Of a DNA stretch of 64,000 nucleotides, positions 26,426-40,324 are shown piece after piece; within the stretch, counting starts at the first letter, position 1, and every line of letters starts with the position of its first letter. The notes below the pieces were generated by a model. It had not been told where the DNA came from, made no database searches, and worked only from the letters and a program-made list of their open reading frames with translations. The DNA is from Azolla caroliniana (lineage: Eukaryota; Plantae; Polypodiophyta), in NCBI GenBank assembly GCA_043228905.1, contig JBHGNT010000001.1, positions 27,838,001 through 27,902,000 of the forward strand. The letters are read 5' to 3'. The position numbers and the translations under genes were made by a program.

Positions 26426-28028
26426 TGATTTTGTTGTCCACATCTATTGAAGTATGCTAAGAGCGATGCAAAGATAGAGCTTCGAATCCAGACACATACA
26501 ACTAGGGGCATCTATCTTCTTCTTCTTCACCTTTCACCGAAACTACGCCCTCGCTTTCCACAAGATATGGATTTTGTGGGGTTTGAGGCATCATCGGTTC
26601 CTCTCGTAATATGTCCATCGGATGCAAACCTTACCAAGCTTCTTGTTACCATCGTGATCACATACGTGTCCAACTTTGACAAACATGAAGATGTAAATCT
26701 TCCCTTGTTCAGAACCCTAATGGGGCCACTCGATATTTCACATGCACACACAAATTCCCACAACTACGTTACAACTTACCTAAAGAGGTCCTTTAACCAT
26801 AAGCCCCAACTATACACGTCCTTCTGATTAGAAACATACACTTTTATTTAATGCCTTGAATGTGGCACTAGGAAATGACATCATCCTTCCAAGTGTTAAT
26901 AATGGGTTTTCAATCCCAACTACTCAATCTCTACAGAAAATGAGAGCTATTATAACATAGAGTGGGAAACATAATGCATTAACTATATTGTGTGAATAAG
27001 GTTGGACAGTATCTTTTTGGTTGGAAATTCACATTCAGTTGCAACCACTCCACCGTCCTCCATCTCATGGAAAAAATCTCACTAGTCATTGAGCTTCCTC
27101 ATTAGATGTTTCTCCTGTAGGAATTTGAGTTTTCCATTTTACAAATGTTAGTGTCCATGTTCGCAAAGTATTAGTTATGGTAGAAGTTGAGAAAAAGGAT
27201 ACTATAGACAATTATGACTTCTCAGATATTGTTGTCTTGTACATTCACATCAATGACACATCAACGATGTCTAAAAACATGAGGTTCATATTAATGTGAG
27301 GTTTTGTATTGCCATTATCAAAGCATATCATATTCTAGTTATGCATGACAACAAGGTGGCAAGCGTGCATCATAGCTATATAGCCGAAATTGTTGGTCGT
27401 TTGGGTGTGACGATGTTGATGAAAGGCTATAATGTATGCATAAGATAACATATATGGTACAAAACCAGAATAAAGGCCCCTTAAATAAGAAGGGCAACTT
27501 TTAAGGCTAAAAGCAACCATTGGTCAATTAACCGATGTATGTGGCTTTATATCCAAACTCTAGGATGGAAACTCACTATACCACTATCAATATTAGCCAA
27601 TGTAATATAGAGACATGGATGTAAGAACTAGACTTTTATGCTTTAAACGCTATTTGTTGTACTAATATCAAAGTCTTCTTTCTATTTTGTTGCATTATTT
27701 CCCTTTAATGTCTTTGTTTAATTGATAGTGAGAGAACTCATAAATATATTCTAGACTAAGTGTGCATTATAACCAATAAGAAAAATTGTGAATAAACCCT
27801 TTGTGTGAACCAAAGTGAGTATTAAGAAAAGGATTGTGGTTGTACATTAGTGAAGTGATTCTCTACTCCATAGGACTAGGTATAACCTAGGTCAAGGTAC
27901 GATGACATTGTGAAGGTTGTAAACCAAAACGTGAGTTAAGGTAAGAGTTTCGAGCTTATTGTTAAGCAAGACATTGTTGAGGTGGGCCTTAGAGAACTCT
28001 TGGTGACAATGAAGATGAGGTGACGACT

Positions 28029-28230
28029 CATGTAAAGAAGAGTTGTAAGCACAAGGTCAAGAATAAACAACTAGAAATTCACAAAAATATTGACACAAGA
28101 GGGGTCCATAACACTTGTTTATGGTGATGGAGTTGTTCAACATGTAGCAACAAAAGACAATGGTAGTTATTATTTGTAGATGTCTCATGTAAAGAAGAGT
28201 TGTAAACACAAGGTCAAGAATAAACAACTA
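28029..28230. repeat. ~158-bp repeat unit, partial tandem; second cluster at ~31098-31320
   Basis: TCATGTAAAGAAGAGTTGTAAGCACAAGGTCAAGAATAAACAACTAGAAATTCACAAAAATATTGACACAAG... is repeated locally and again 3 kb downstream. Confidence 0.8.
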
Positions 28231-29536
28231 GGCATGGCAAGGACATGGCAAGCCAAAACTTGGTGCCGATTAGCGAGAAGGCGAGATGGTTGTTGTGGAT
28301 AGAAGAAGCAATTTATTATGAGCAATAAGGATGAGTGTAGATGGTGTGGGGGTTGAAGAAGCATATTATCATGAGTTGGTGAGGGAAATTTTTACATTAA
28401 TTTGTTTACGGTCTATATGGTAGGATGCTTGATGGAAGGAAATCAAGGACATGGCAAGCCAAAATTTGGTGCCGATTAGCGAGAAGGCAAGATGGTTGTT
28501 GTGGATGATGCTTGATGGAATTTGGTGGCATGGCATGGAGTGAAGAAGATTTTAGGTTTCATCTTAGGGAGTGCAACAAACAGGATAGTCTTCTAGTTGT
28601 TGTCATGTAGTTATTGTCTTTATAGAGTTTATTCATGACGAGAGGATGAGTGACGATGGTGTGTGGGGATTGAAGCAAATATATGAGGGGATGAGGAAAC
28701 ATTTTATAATCACTTTGTTATTATGTATACAAGAATTTGGTGGTAATCAGCGAGATGGTTGATGTGGACTTAAGAAGCAAATTTTTTTTGAGGGATAAGG
28801 ATGAGAGAAGATGGTGTGGGGGGTGAAGCAGAATATTATGAGTAGGTACATGAATGGAACGTATGGTAGTCTCTGCCAGATTGCTACATGCATTGGAATA
28901 CTTTGTGCCCTAGTAATTGGGCTTCCAGTAGAAACTGTTCCTGGCTGTTGGAGGAATTGATTTTGGATATCCATCTTGCCTACTGCAGTGCTCTTAGTTG
29001 GGATGGAGTTCTGTTCTAAGAGCCCGAAATGGTCAATTGGAGTAGCCATGTTTGTTTTGCAATAGCTCTCTAGAATCAATGTTGTGTTTTATTTCTATTT
29101 TATTTCTCCCCAACAATATTCAGAAATGTTGGAATCAGTTTTGTTTTGTCCGCAAGTGTTTATGTTGGGATTGTAGATCCAGACCTGACATATATGATTG
29201 GGAAGACAGAGGACATGGAATATCATGTGAAAGACAAGTTTTCTGAGGAGGTGTTATTATGTGGCTCATTTGGTGACATTGTCGCCTCCTCTCCTTCAAA
29301 GATGTCGGTCTTTGTGAAGTTGGTCTTTGTTTTCGTTTTTAGATGTGGTTTTCTACCTAGTAAAGGTGTTATTGTCAAGGCTGAGAGTTATATTCATGGA
29401 TTATAATTAGTAGTATCTTGATAAATGCCAAAGCTTTATTTGGTCTTGTTTTTTATAATATATATTTGTGGAGATGAAACAATATTATGTACTATTTGTA
29501 TACTGCCTCCAGGCCTTTTATTAATACCAATGGAGC

Positions 29537-30832
29537 TTGTTTATGTCAATGTCACTACAAGATCAAGCGAACATACTCCATGGAATCAGGGGCGGATGAA
29601 CTATGAGATCGGAAATCATTAACGCTCTACTGATTAGGGAATCTGCTACTCAAAGGACGACAATGGAGAAATGGATAGGCCACGAGGAGGAGGGTTCTCT
29701 GATCCCGAGAGGTAGGGGATCACCAGACAAACTCGAAGGCCATGAATTGCGAGACACTAAGACACCAACACAGAATAACGCCATTCGAGTACTCGCGTAC
29801 ACTGGTCATAAATGGATTGTAGATCCTGATCCGATCAAAGTACAACCCGATTGGCATATATGTACTCATGAAAACACATGGCTACGTAAGGTCAGTTGGG
29901 ACCCTTTGCAATGGACATGGCATGATCCCTATGCGGGGCAAGGAAGCAAACCCATCCCTTTCTTCCAATTCACAACTAGATTGGGTCGCCACATTCTAGT
30001 TGCTCAAGCCGCCCGAGAACCGGTTGCTGCGAAGGTCTAGCACACATTTCAAGTTCCCTCCGCAATAATCACCAAGTTTTGGCAGAAAATCTGGAAGCAA
30101 CAACACGTGAGGCGAATTACCACTTTCCAATGGCTGTTAATACATAAGTCCCTACCGGTGGGAGCATGGCAACGTGGGAACCTTAGCTCTCCTAATTGTG
30201 TAGAGTGCCCACATGCAGTAGAATCCATACGACACGCTCTGTGGGACTACCCAACGTCCTATAGAATATGGCGGGGGGTTGGCCGCTTGTTGCAATTATG
30301 CCAGGTGCAAGGTTCAATCAAGTGGGGAAATATATGTTGGCTATCATGGCAGGCTGCAATTGGCCGATATGAGCATCAGGAGGAGGGGATGACTTTGGTG
30401 ATAAAAGCACAAGAGGTCCTTTTCTCCTCCAGCGGCAATGTCCACTCTATTCCTCTTAATGACAAATCTCAAGAGGTGTTGGAATTGGTCAGCCCAATAA
30501 CCCTTTGGATTCTATGGAAACAACGATGTAGGCAAGTCTTCTCCAACCAAACCGCCCATCCAACAAGGTTACTGCAAGAGATATGGAGTGAAATTGTAGC
30601 CACTCTGAAGAGCCAATATGATGGACTTAAAGGCGGCTCTGAGGGAGTTGAAAGACAACGCATAGCCTTCATCCAACAATGGTCGTCCTCTCCCTTTCTT
30701 GAGTCAGTGGGCTTCCACATTAGATGGAACTATCGCATCCCTTTAGGGATTTGTACATAATCGTCTCATTTGTAAAATTTTATAACTAATGGAAGGAGTT
30801 TTTTTTTTGGAAAAAAATAAAAAATATAAAAA
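29537..30832 (+). mobile_element. 5'-truncated L1-clade LINE
   Basis: 14-bp TSD AATACCAATGGAGC (29523-29536 / 30833-30846). ORF2 C-terminus (WIVDPDP, FQWLLIHKSLPVG, CVEC..ESIRHALW, LWILWKQRC) and an A-rich tail. Confidence 0.92.
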
Positions 30833-32378
30833 AATACCAATGGAGCATATTGTGGTGTCCCTTTCATGCAAGAGCATGCATTTGAACACACCACTCTTTT
30901 AGCCACTCCCGTTTAGCACATCACCTATTTTAGCCCACCCTTTTAGCACACCATTTTGGGACACGTGTAGCTAGGCCGTCCCAAAATGGGTTCTTTGTAT
31001 CTTCTATATATTGAATGATAAGTATGAAGCTAGCTAGACTGGTTTTGATCTCTTATGTGCATTTCACAATATGTTTTATGGTAAAAAAAAGAAAAAAAAT
31101 AAACAACTAGAAATTAACAAAAATATTGACACAAGAGAGGTCCATAACACTTGTTTATGGTGATGGAGTTGTTCCATATGTAGCAACAAAAGACAATGGT
31201 AGTTATTATTTGTAGATGTCTCATGTAAAGAGGAGTTGTAAGCACAAGGTCAAGAATAAACAATTGGAAATTCACAAAAATATTGACACAAGGGGGTTCC
31301 ATAACACTTGTTTATGGTGAGAGAACTTACTAATTGTATTGGCACTTGTTGCAAGAATTTATCATTAATATTGTGATAAATCAAGCTTTAGTTCATGCAT
31401 TGTGACTTTTGAAACTTGTTCTTGGAGGGGGGGTTAATTTCTATAGGTTTTGGAGATTATGTTAACCATCACATTATCATATCATATGTGACTATCATTG
31501 TAACATTTTATATATATGATTGTACATGTTCACATTACTATGACACTCAACGTTATAATTATCATATCACATTGTGATTGGTATGCATAATAATCAAGTG
31601 GCAAGCATGCATCGTAATTAGGTGGCAATTTGGCAAGCATACATAAAACTAGGAGGAGATCATGTAGAAAGAATATCTAATTGTTGTCGACTATTTCTTG
31701 TTAACACTAGTCTTCGGCATATTCTTGTAGCTTTTGCTATTATTGTGCAATTAAATTTCCTTTTCTCAAACTAATATTGTTTTTGGCTTCGCCCTTAACA
31801 CCTAGCTTGGCAAAGAAATTGAATCTTGTCTACAATTATTGCAATAATTATGAACAATTGTTCATTCACAAAATACCATGAATGTCCAATTCTACATTTA
31901 GATGACCTTGAAGCTTGACGATTGATCACAAACAATGGATCAACCACCACCTAAGGTTTATTTTGGTATTCATTAAATGTTTAACATCCTTAATTGTAAT
32001 TTCTTTGTCATTTTCACCCTTGTTTATAGAACATCATGATCAATTAGCATGTAGAAATTCGACAACAAGTTCCTTGGAGTGGACAAGCTATTAGCATACC
32101 TATGACCACTATGTGTCTAAGGCATGTGTTTGCATATCGTCAGTAAGAAAGTAAATGTTTATATTATGGCAACACTATAATATTTAAACATGTACGAGTA
32201 AATCAAAACACAATAACATCTATATTAATGTAGAGTTACACGGTTATGTTGTTATAACCAGAAATATTCAGTTTGCAAATTTACCGCATAGGTTTTGGTT
32301 CAAGTTTCAAGCAACATCAAGCAGGATGTAAAAGCCAATTTAGTTCAAGTGAATACTCTAGTAGGTATGTGTATTAAG

Positions 32379-35300
32379 TTAATTACTATTAGATTCATCG
32401 TTGTTGATCATGTCAATTTCAATATCCTCCCATTCTCCATTGCCTAACAAATAAGCAAAATGAAGTCTAGAGTCAAGAACTTATAAACATTGTATTATCA
32501 TACTATTTCAATATATAAGCAAAACATACTCTTTCGAAGCGTCATTGCCACAACATCATTGTTCTCAACCTAGCATAGAGAAACCCCAAGGCTTTTAGGA
32601 TTAATGAAACAAGAAACCTCTTATTTTCATATGTTCATAAAAGCACACCCAATAGACCTAAAACCATGTTTTAACATTACGTAGTATTGCTCATCATTGT
32701 GAATTTCAGGTTCAACATTTATAGCAAGTATGCTCTACCTAGCAAATATATAGAATGATAATAAAGTTAAAATTACTTCAATGGGACCATTGATCTTGTT
32801 GGAATTCCATCATCACAATTGTTATATTCTATTGAATTGTGTAGCATGTGAGAATTTTGACATATTTGGATATACTCCTCTACTCAAATAGTCAATATAT
32901 GTGACATTGTACATCAATATATAACAAGGATCCATTTGGGAATATGAGCAAATGTGATACAACACGTGCCTATAAGTGTCGAAAAGATTTTTTAAAGTTA
33001 GCAAGAAATATACTTGGAATTTTGAAATTTTAAAATTGATCATAGGACCACAAATCCTTGGATTTTAGACAATTCACTCTCTATTAACCCACTCTTTATT
33101 TGATAGAAAAGTCTGAATGAAATAGCCAATCAAATTGTTCAATCGTAGTAATGGTGATTGATTGATAAAGTGTGCATCACTTGTGGTTAATAAAGATATC
33201 CCAATATGTTACCTGTTGTTGAGAAAGTGTATTTGCATCGTCAAGGATATGATATGAGTCAAGGAGGATCAATCGTTGGCTCCTCACAGGATTGCCTGTG
33301 AGATTTTGCAACTTTTGTTTCACCTGTATGATGGTATCCGAGGGATTGCATTGGACGAAATATGTGATATTCTTCCTCTTCACACGAATGTGCATAGCCT
33401 ATTCAAACAAAATCCAATTTGGATGTCAACATATGGATTCATTATTGTACCCTAGTTATCATAAGAATAATTACTTTGACCCTAGCAAGCTTTACTAGTT
33501 ATAATTCATTTGAGATTAGAACTTATTATTCATTCCCACATGCATTCTCAACTCATTATGGCAAGCTATCCTTAGAACATCACAATATAGTGGTTAAAAG
33601 AACACTAATAAGTTGTGTTTTCACGACATTTCAAATTGCTCCAGCGATATGACTTTATTAGATTTTGGTTTAGGTCAAAATTCTTCTGAGGGAACTTTTT
33701 TGTTTATAGTACATCCAAAAGAGGTGAAAACTCTCACATAATGGTGACCTAAAGATATTCTACAATCAATTAGAAAGAGAATTTTATTGTGCATGTAGGT
33801 TGCATCCATCTAGAGGCCTCACCAACCATGTTATCAACAAGTCAAGGCCATCAATACCTCTATGTCTTGACTTCGATAAAGCATTAACAAATAGGATCAA
33901 GTTCCTAAGAAATGCTCAAAAATATCATGAAGAGTACAAGAAGCATCAAAGACAATTACGATGATATGTCAATCTGGGTTGAACATAATGAACTTGGATG
34001 AAAGCTCACTACATATGTTGGCATTTCATAAGTTTTTACAATTACAACTCTGCTAACAATTAAGGTTTCTTGATCAACATTTTGGCAAGTTCTTGTTTTT
34101 CGGTTCCTTGGTTATAACCATATGCAACAATCTTCAAAAGTTTCAAGTTATGTGCTCAAATAGCTTTGTAATTACTCGCATTCATGTGTATGGAAATGTG
34201 TACATTTACAAGCATCATGTGTCGCAAGACATTCACATATGCATCCATAGGGAAACATAGATATTGAGCATGTTGACCAATCATAATTATCTTCGAGAAA
34301 CATAGAAGGAAACATATTCAAGTGCAATATGGGTGTTATAACTTTTCTACATTATTTAGATATATATGTTGGATTCACATCAATTTTATTTTTCAACAAG
34401 ACATGGAAAGGAGTAGTATGGTTTAGTCTCGTCTTCAAAAGATGTGCATATACATTGCTTTCTTTATTTTCTCCCTTTTTTTTGTAAATCATTTCTTCAT
34501 GTTGTCAATTTGGCATCATAGCTCGCTCGTGCGCGCGCGCGCGCACACACACAGATATATACATAGCTAGCTATCCTCTTCAAAGTTCACGAGAGACCAA
34601 TTACAATCTACGAGACAAAGCCTAGCCCGTGGTGGGGATAAAACTCTCAATTTTATTACTTTTGATACTATTGAGTAACCCACCAAGGCAACAACGCACA
34701 CACATAGACACATGGAGATAGTTGGATTGTATTATCATCTTTGTAGGTCAAATAGGACCCATGAGACAAAAATATAATGTGAAAACATTATACATGGGAA
34801 ATTGAATAGTGACTCTTGATGTTTAAGAACTTTACTGAATGAATGTTAATTGAGAGTGAACATTGTGACTATGCGAGAAATTCATGCAAGGATTGGATTG
34901 GGTTGAAGATGTGTGGAAAGCATAATTGAATGTGATAAAAGGTAGAGCATTGTATCAGAGTCTGATACTCAATCTCCCAAACTTGTCTAGGGCAATATGT
35001 GCACACAAGAGAGAGACAAGCAGATAGATAGAGACAGAGACAGAGATTATATTAGATCTTTATTGGCCATGAGGATCCCAAATTTGACCTCTAGGACTGA
35101 ATACAAGCATCATCTTGTATGCGACTCCTTCCCAAGAAGGCGGGTTACTACTTTGTAGTAAAACCTCTTTATGTAAAAATAATGCACACACATATGTGTT
35201 GCCCTTCTTGGTGAATACGTCATTGAAATTTAACATTTCCCTCTAACAAGTCACCTACTTATCATGAGTTCCATTATACATTGAGCATGCTAAAAGTAAG

Positions 35301-35767
35301 CAAGTGTCATCATTATATGCCTTGCATATCTTCATACCTGGTTTTCATTCTGACCTTGTATTGGGGCCAACATTAAGGGTAAACATTTTGCGATGTAAAA
35401 TTCCAATTTGACCTTTAGCATCTTGACATGTCATTCTAGTGCCTTTGGTAATTTAACCTCATATGTGATTCTACTCCACACACGGTTTTAACCATTATCC
35501 ATAACGTCCATGGGGGACCGATTACGATATCTTGGGAAGGGCCTAGCACATGGCGAGTACTGATCTTGGTTCTCTCAATTTTATCGCTTTGATGCTATTG
35601 TGTAAACCATATAGTGCACACATTTTTTATTATTGTTCTTCAAGGTCAAATATGAACTATGCAAGAAGGAGAAAGAGAGAGAGAGAGAGATTTTGTGCAA
35701 ATGGGAGCATGAACAAGCAAAAGAAGAAACAAAAAATTATCATATACAAAACCTTATAGCTTACCAT
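32379..35767 (-). CDS. Elongin-B-like ubiquitin-fold protein
   Basis: Exons 33398-33213 (AMHIRVKRKNITYFVQCNPSDT..QRLIL), 32569-32530 (VENNDVVAMTLRK) and 32443-32379 (NGEWEDIEI..stop), GT-AG and in phase. A candidate ATG-terminated first exon at 35767-35765 (ATG|gtaagc) is less certain; an in-frame ATG at 33395 is the alternative start. Confidence 0.85.
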
Positions 35768-38688
35768 TTCTATATTTGGAATTTCGATCTCTTTGGTAAA
35801 AAGTTCTACCTCTTCATGACATGAAATAAGTCAATTTATAAGAGAAGTTTATCGGTAGATGTCTTCTCTTTCTGTTTGTGATGCATATACGTGGGTGTGT
35901 GAGAGTTGGTGTAGCCCTTCTAAAAAACGAGTGTCAACAGGTCCACCTACTCAATTATGAGCATTCTAAAATTAAATCAACAAAGATAGTTTCCTTTTAT
36001 TTCCACCCGCAAAATCAATATTCCACCTTCTACGACGCATGTTACCATTACCCTATTCATTTGTGTATATACTATGTATCGTAACACAAACTCATGGTCA
36101 GAATAAGATACTTGTAACATGATATGTGAACTATTACACTACACTTTTTGTACCTTCAAGCACGATCATGACCACGGTAACCTATCATTTATGCCTCCCA
36201 TTACTTACTATTCCAATTGTTTCCTTCTTTCTTCAATTGCTTGTAAGATCTTTGATAACTTTTCTACACAATCATAAGACCTAAAAGTATAGGTTACTTT
36301 GATTCTCCCATTTGCATGTGTAGGAAGAGGGACCAAGAGAGGTAATATAATGACCAAGTGATAACATGCTTAGAGATGTAGACGGTGTGAATAAAGTTTG
36401 ATATCTCTTGACTCATTCTACACATTGTCTCTAGAATAATACAAAAACAAAATGTCCTTGATTCTTGGAGTTATATAATAAATCCTTTTTGCATTTTGGA
36501 AGGGTTGATATAATGTTGTAATGCACCACATTCTAGATATGTGTCAAACACTCAATGCCTTTGAGAGAAGTATTATTGTTATTTCTACAAAAGAGCCAAT
36601 ATTTTGTAACAGAATTAATCATAAAGTATTACACAATGATTTTTTTAGATGTATAAAGGTAACACTATGTAGCATTATAAAAGGATTTGCCAAGCAAAAC
36701 ATTTACATTCAAGATATTATTCATGTGAATATTAATTGAGTGAATGTCTAGACTTACAATGAATCATGACAAATCAAATTATAAAGAAAAATTTAGTCAA
36801 GAAGTTTCCTATCTATGATCCCGAGATTAGATGCCTTCTTAATGTACTCATACTTCTCCACAAAATTGTCACACATTTGTGATATCTATATGGTTGAATG
36901 CGATAATGGAGGACAAGTTTTGTAGTGTAACACTTTCATTTGACATAAATGTCATTTGCTTCCAAGTTCTGATTATACAACGGAAAACTAAATAGGTTAA
37001 CTCAAACGTCAAGAGAAGAAAACCACCTTTCTCTAAACAAAAGTGTAGCGATAATTGCAATTTAAAATCTAAATACGTTTTAATAAGCTTAATTAGAATT
37101 TAATCAAGTTTGATTAAATGAATAAAATAATACATGAATTGTGTCCAAAACAAAATAGTATCTTTGTTCTATGCAAATAAGGATAAAAAGGCACTTTAAA
37201 AAGAACAAAATTTACATAATGAAAATAGGTTTGTTATTGTTTTTATAGATAACTTTAGAAAGATACGATCTCATAACAATGACATCTATGTGTATATGGT
37301 TTTCATAAAAGTCCACGGGTAAAAATAGGTGAGAAGATACTTGTTCATGGAATAATCCTTCACTTATTGCTTCTTTGGTCATGCTTTCAAGCTAAACCTA
37401 CGATACAATATGTGGAACATAAATTCATTAACATCATAAGATTCTAATGTTGATATTACAACTAGACTCTCACATGTTTTGTTAATACAATATTTAATGT
37501 AGGTGATGTTGAATACTCATCAAATTGCACGAAATTATGATCTTTCTTTATGAGTGTCGAGTTGTATATGAGAGGCCTATCAACATGTATCATTCTTAGG
37601 GGGGGAAAAGGAGATTATAACCACATTCGGCCAATCCTCTTCGAACATCGTTGTGCATTGTATCATGACACTTCCCTTAATTCTTCTTTAGGCCCTAAGG
37701 TGTTTGGAGCACTTGACAAGCATGCTCATCACCGTACTCAATTATTTAAGGCTAGGGGTTCTCTAGGTTACAAATCTAACAACATACAAAATTCTTCTAA
37801 AATGAAAGGAAGGTTATACACAAAGTTCCAATCTATCGCTTGGTGTATAGCCCTAGTTGACATTGCAATAAGACAAGACAACTTCCTAAATAGTCTTCCA
37901 TGCTAATATCATAATGTATACATTTTACTTCTCTCATCCACAAACCCTTTGCCTTGCTAATTATTATGGGGTTAGACAACATTTAGTGCTCTTAAGAACT
38001 AAGGAAAAGTATGCCCAAAGTTCAATATTTTGACTAACTATTTAGTTCTAATATTGGGAAACCTCTTTCCGTCTAAAACAACATTGATCTCTTCCTTGTA
38101 CCTATCACATACACCATTAATTTTGCTCAATGACAATGTTGGGCACTTCATACATGTTATTGTATGTTATGATTGTCACAATACTAGTACCTCCACTTGG
38201 GAAAACATTTACATCCTCAAAACACTAATGGGTAACTTGTTATACAAGATTGTCGCTAATTCAAAATGATTATACCATGGTAATATGTCCTGTATAGATG
38301 AGATTAAGAAATACTACCATGTTGCAAAACTGGCAGCTCTCTAATTCCATCGACACTTTACTAATGACTATGAAAGGTGCAAACACTATGAACACCATAC
38401 AATGCTGAAAAAGTGTTTCTGCATTACACATAAGGCTCTCATGCCTATGCAAACAACAACATCCAACCACAAAAATTCAAGACACATGAACCACACAATG
38501 AAAATGCATATTCATAGGCAGCACCTTCAAATGACTAAAAACGTGTAAATGCTACAACTTAAGCTTGTGTGCCCAAAAGCTTACAATTTTTCATGTACAA
38601 TGATATACTATAATCCGAAGATCGAAGATAGGACTTATTAAATGGTTTTGAAATTTGTTGCTACACTTCTATCGTGATTAACTGGTAT

Positions 38689-39303
38689 TCAAGAAAGGGT
38701 CCATGGGAGTTGATAGTTCCATTGAGGTCCTTGAGTTGACTCTGTAAATAGGGGCAACGTTTTCCATAAGTGAAGGAGCTTCTTCTTTCTCTTGTTCATA
38801 GTCTCTAGTGAACCATGCATCTTGTCATACTGGCTGCGTACTACTGCCAACAAGTTCTCCCATATCTCAAGCAAGACATCTGAGAGGCGTTGATCTGCTG
38901 CATCATAATGTCGGTTGTAGCGACATTTCCATAATGCCCATAAGGTTATTGTAGTCACAGTTTTCCATATTTGGACAAATCGCACCTGCTTTCGAGGTTG
39001 TTGAAAGGGGTTGACTAATATCAATCCTCTATTATGTACCGTCATTGCCTCTTGAACATCATTTGCCTCATACAAAACCAAGTTGGAATGTAGCACTCCC
39101 CACATAGTTGATCCCCATGGAAATAGGCAACCGACATTGATTGTCAAAAATAACGAAAGAACTTTATTCCATACTTGTTGAGCCAAGGGACATGACCAAA
39201 TGAAATGCTTGGCGATCTCCTGAGCTTCATGGCAAAAGGCACATTGTCGAAGATTGTGTGTTACATTCCCTTTCAATCAGTGACCAACTGGTAAGGCCAT
39301 ATA
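38689..39303 (-). mobile_element. LINE ORF2 3' fragment (host of the LTR nest)
   Basis: ORF KGNVTHNLRQCAFC..KHFIWSCPLAQQVW..PQWNYQLPWTLS is closely similar to 12739-13356 and is cut at 39303 by LTR element A. Confidence 0.88.
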
Positions 39304-40324
39304 TGTCACGGACACACCAACGTGGACTCGAATGGCACATGAAGACAGAGATGTAGATCAAGGAGTCTGCAAGATGAGGTGAAATGAGAATACTGTATTG
39401 ATGTGTCAATGACTGGTGTTGAATCCCTTGAAAGGGACGAAGGAGGTTACAAGTATTTATACTTTGAGTCGAAGTACATGCATTAGAATATTCTGGAGAT
39501 TATTTGGGAGAATATTCTAGAACCCTCTAGAACCTTCTAGTTCTAGAACTTTCTACAAACTCCTAGGACTTGAAATTGATAATCTACTAATAATCTACTA
39601 AGATATATATACTATGATCATATATTTGGATGTGTTGGTTAGAACACAACACTTGACTATATACAGGAGGTCAAGAGTTCAAATTTTGACATGACTGTTG
39701 TCATGTCTATGACATTATCCTCCCCTTTACGGCCGCCTTTTCAAAAGCATGGTGTAGGGGTGAGCTGAAGAGGAAACCAAAGTACATTGAGGAGGGAGTG
39801 TCCATGAGCAGTCCTCACCATAAATAGGAGTACGGGTGAACGCGAGCGACCGTGTGTGATCCTCACCAGAGACTAGAACACCAACGAGCGTGAGTGACCA
39901 TGTATAGTTCTCATCGAAGACTGTAACACCAATGTGAGTGTGAGCGACCATGTACGGTCCTCATTGGAGACTGAAACACCAACGTGAGTGACCATGTGCG
40001 ATCCTCATCGGAGACAGGAACAACAACAGATGTGAGCGACCATGTGCAGTCCTCATCGGGAATTGGAACACCAACGGACGTGAGCGACCATGTGCGGTCC
40101 TCACCGGGAACTAGAACACCAATGGGTGTGAGCGACCACGTACGGTCCTCAACAGAGACACAAACACCAAGGGCGTGAGAGACCATGTACAGTCTTTACC
40201 GGAGACAGGAACACCAATGGAAATGAGCAACCACGTGCGGTCCTCACCAGGAACTAGAACACCAACGGGCGTGAGCAACCATGTGCGGTCCTCACCGGAG
40301 ACACAAACACCAAAGAGCGTGAGC
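39304..40324 (-). mobile_element. LTR retroelement A: 3' LTR (39304-39714), PPT and tandem-repeat 3' region
   Basis: TGTCA...TGACA ends, with minus-strand PPT AAAGGGGGAGGATAA at 39715-39728. Interrupted at 40324 by element B; the rest lies beyond the window. Confidence 0.75.
39794..40324. repeat. Tandem array, ~48-bp unit, ~11 copies
   Basis: Consensus ~GTGAGCGACCATGTGCGGTCCTCACCGGAGACTAGAACACCAACGGGC. It produces the 16-aa periodic ORFs. Confidence 0.9.

Noticed and set aside
34525-34555. (GC)n(CA)n alternating purine-pyrimidine tract
   Set aside because: Short common microsatellite; Z-DNA relevance is unsupported.
36100-38600. Possible decayed DNA-transposon coding region
   Set aside because: The short ORFs show no recognisable transposase motif.
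39794-40324. CRISPR-like appearance of the repeat array
   Set aside because: Units are contiguous tandem repeats without unique spacers, in a eukaryotic TE context with no cas genes.
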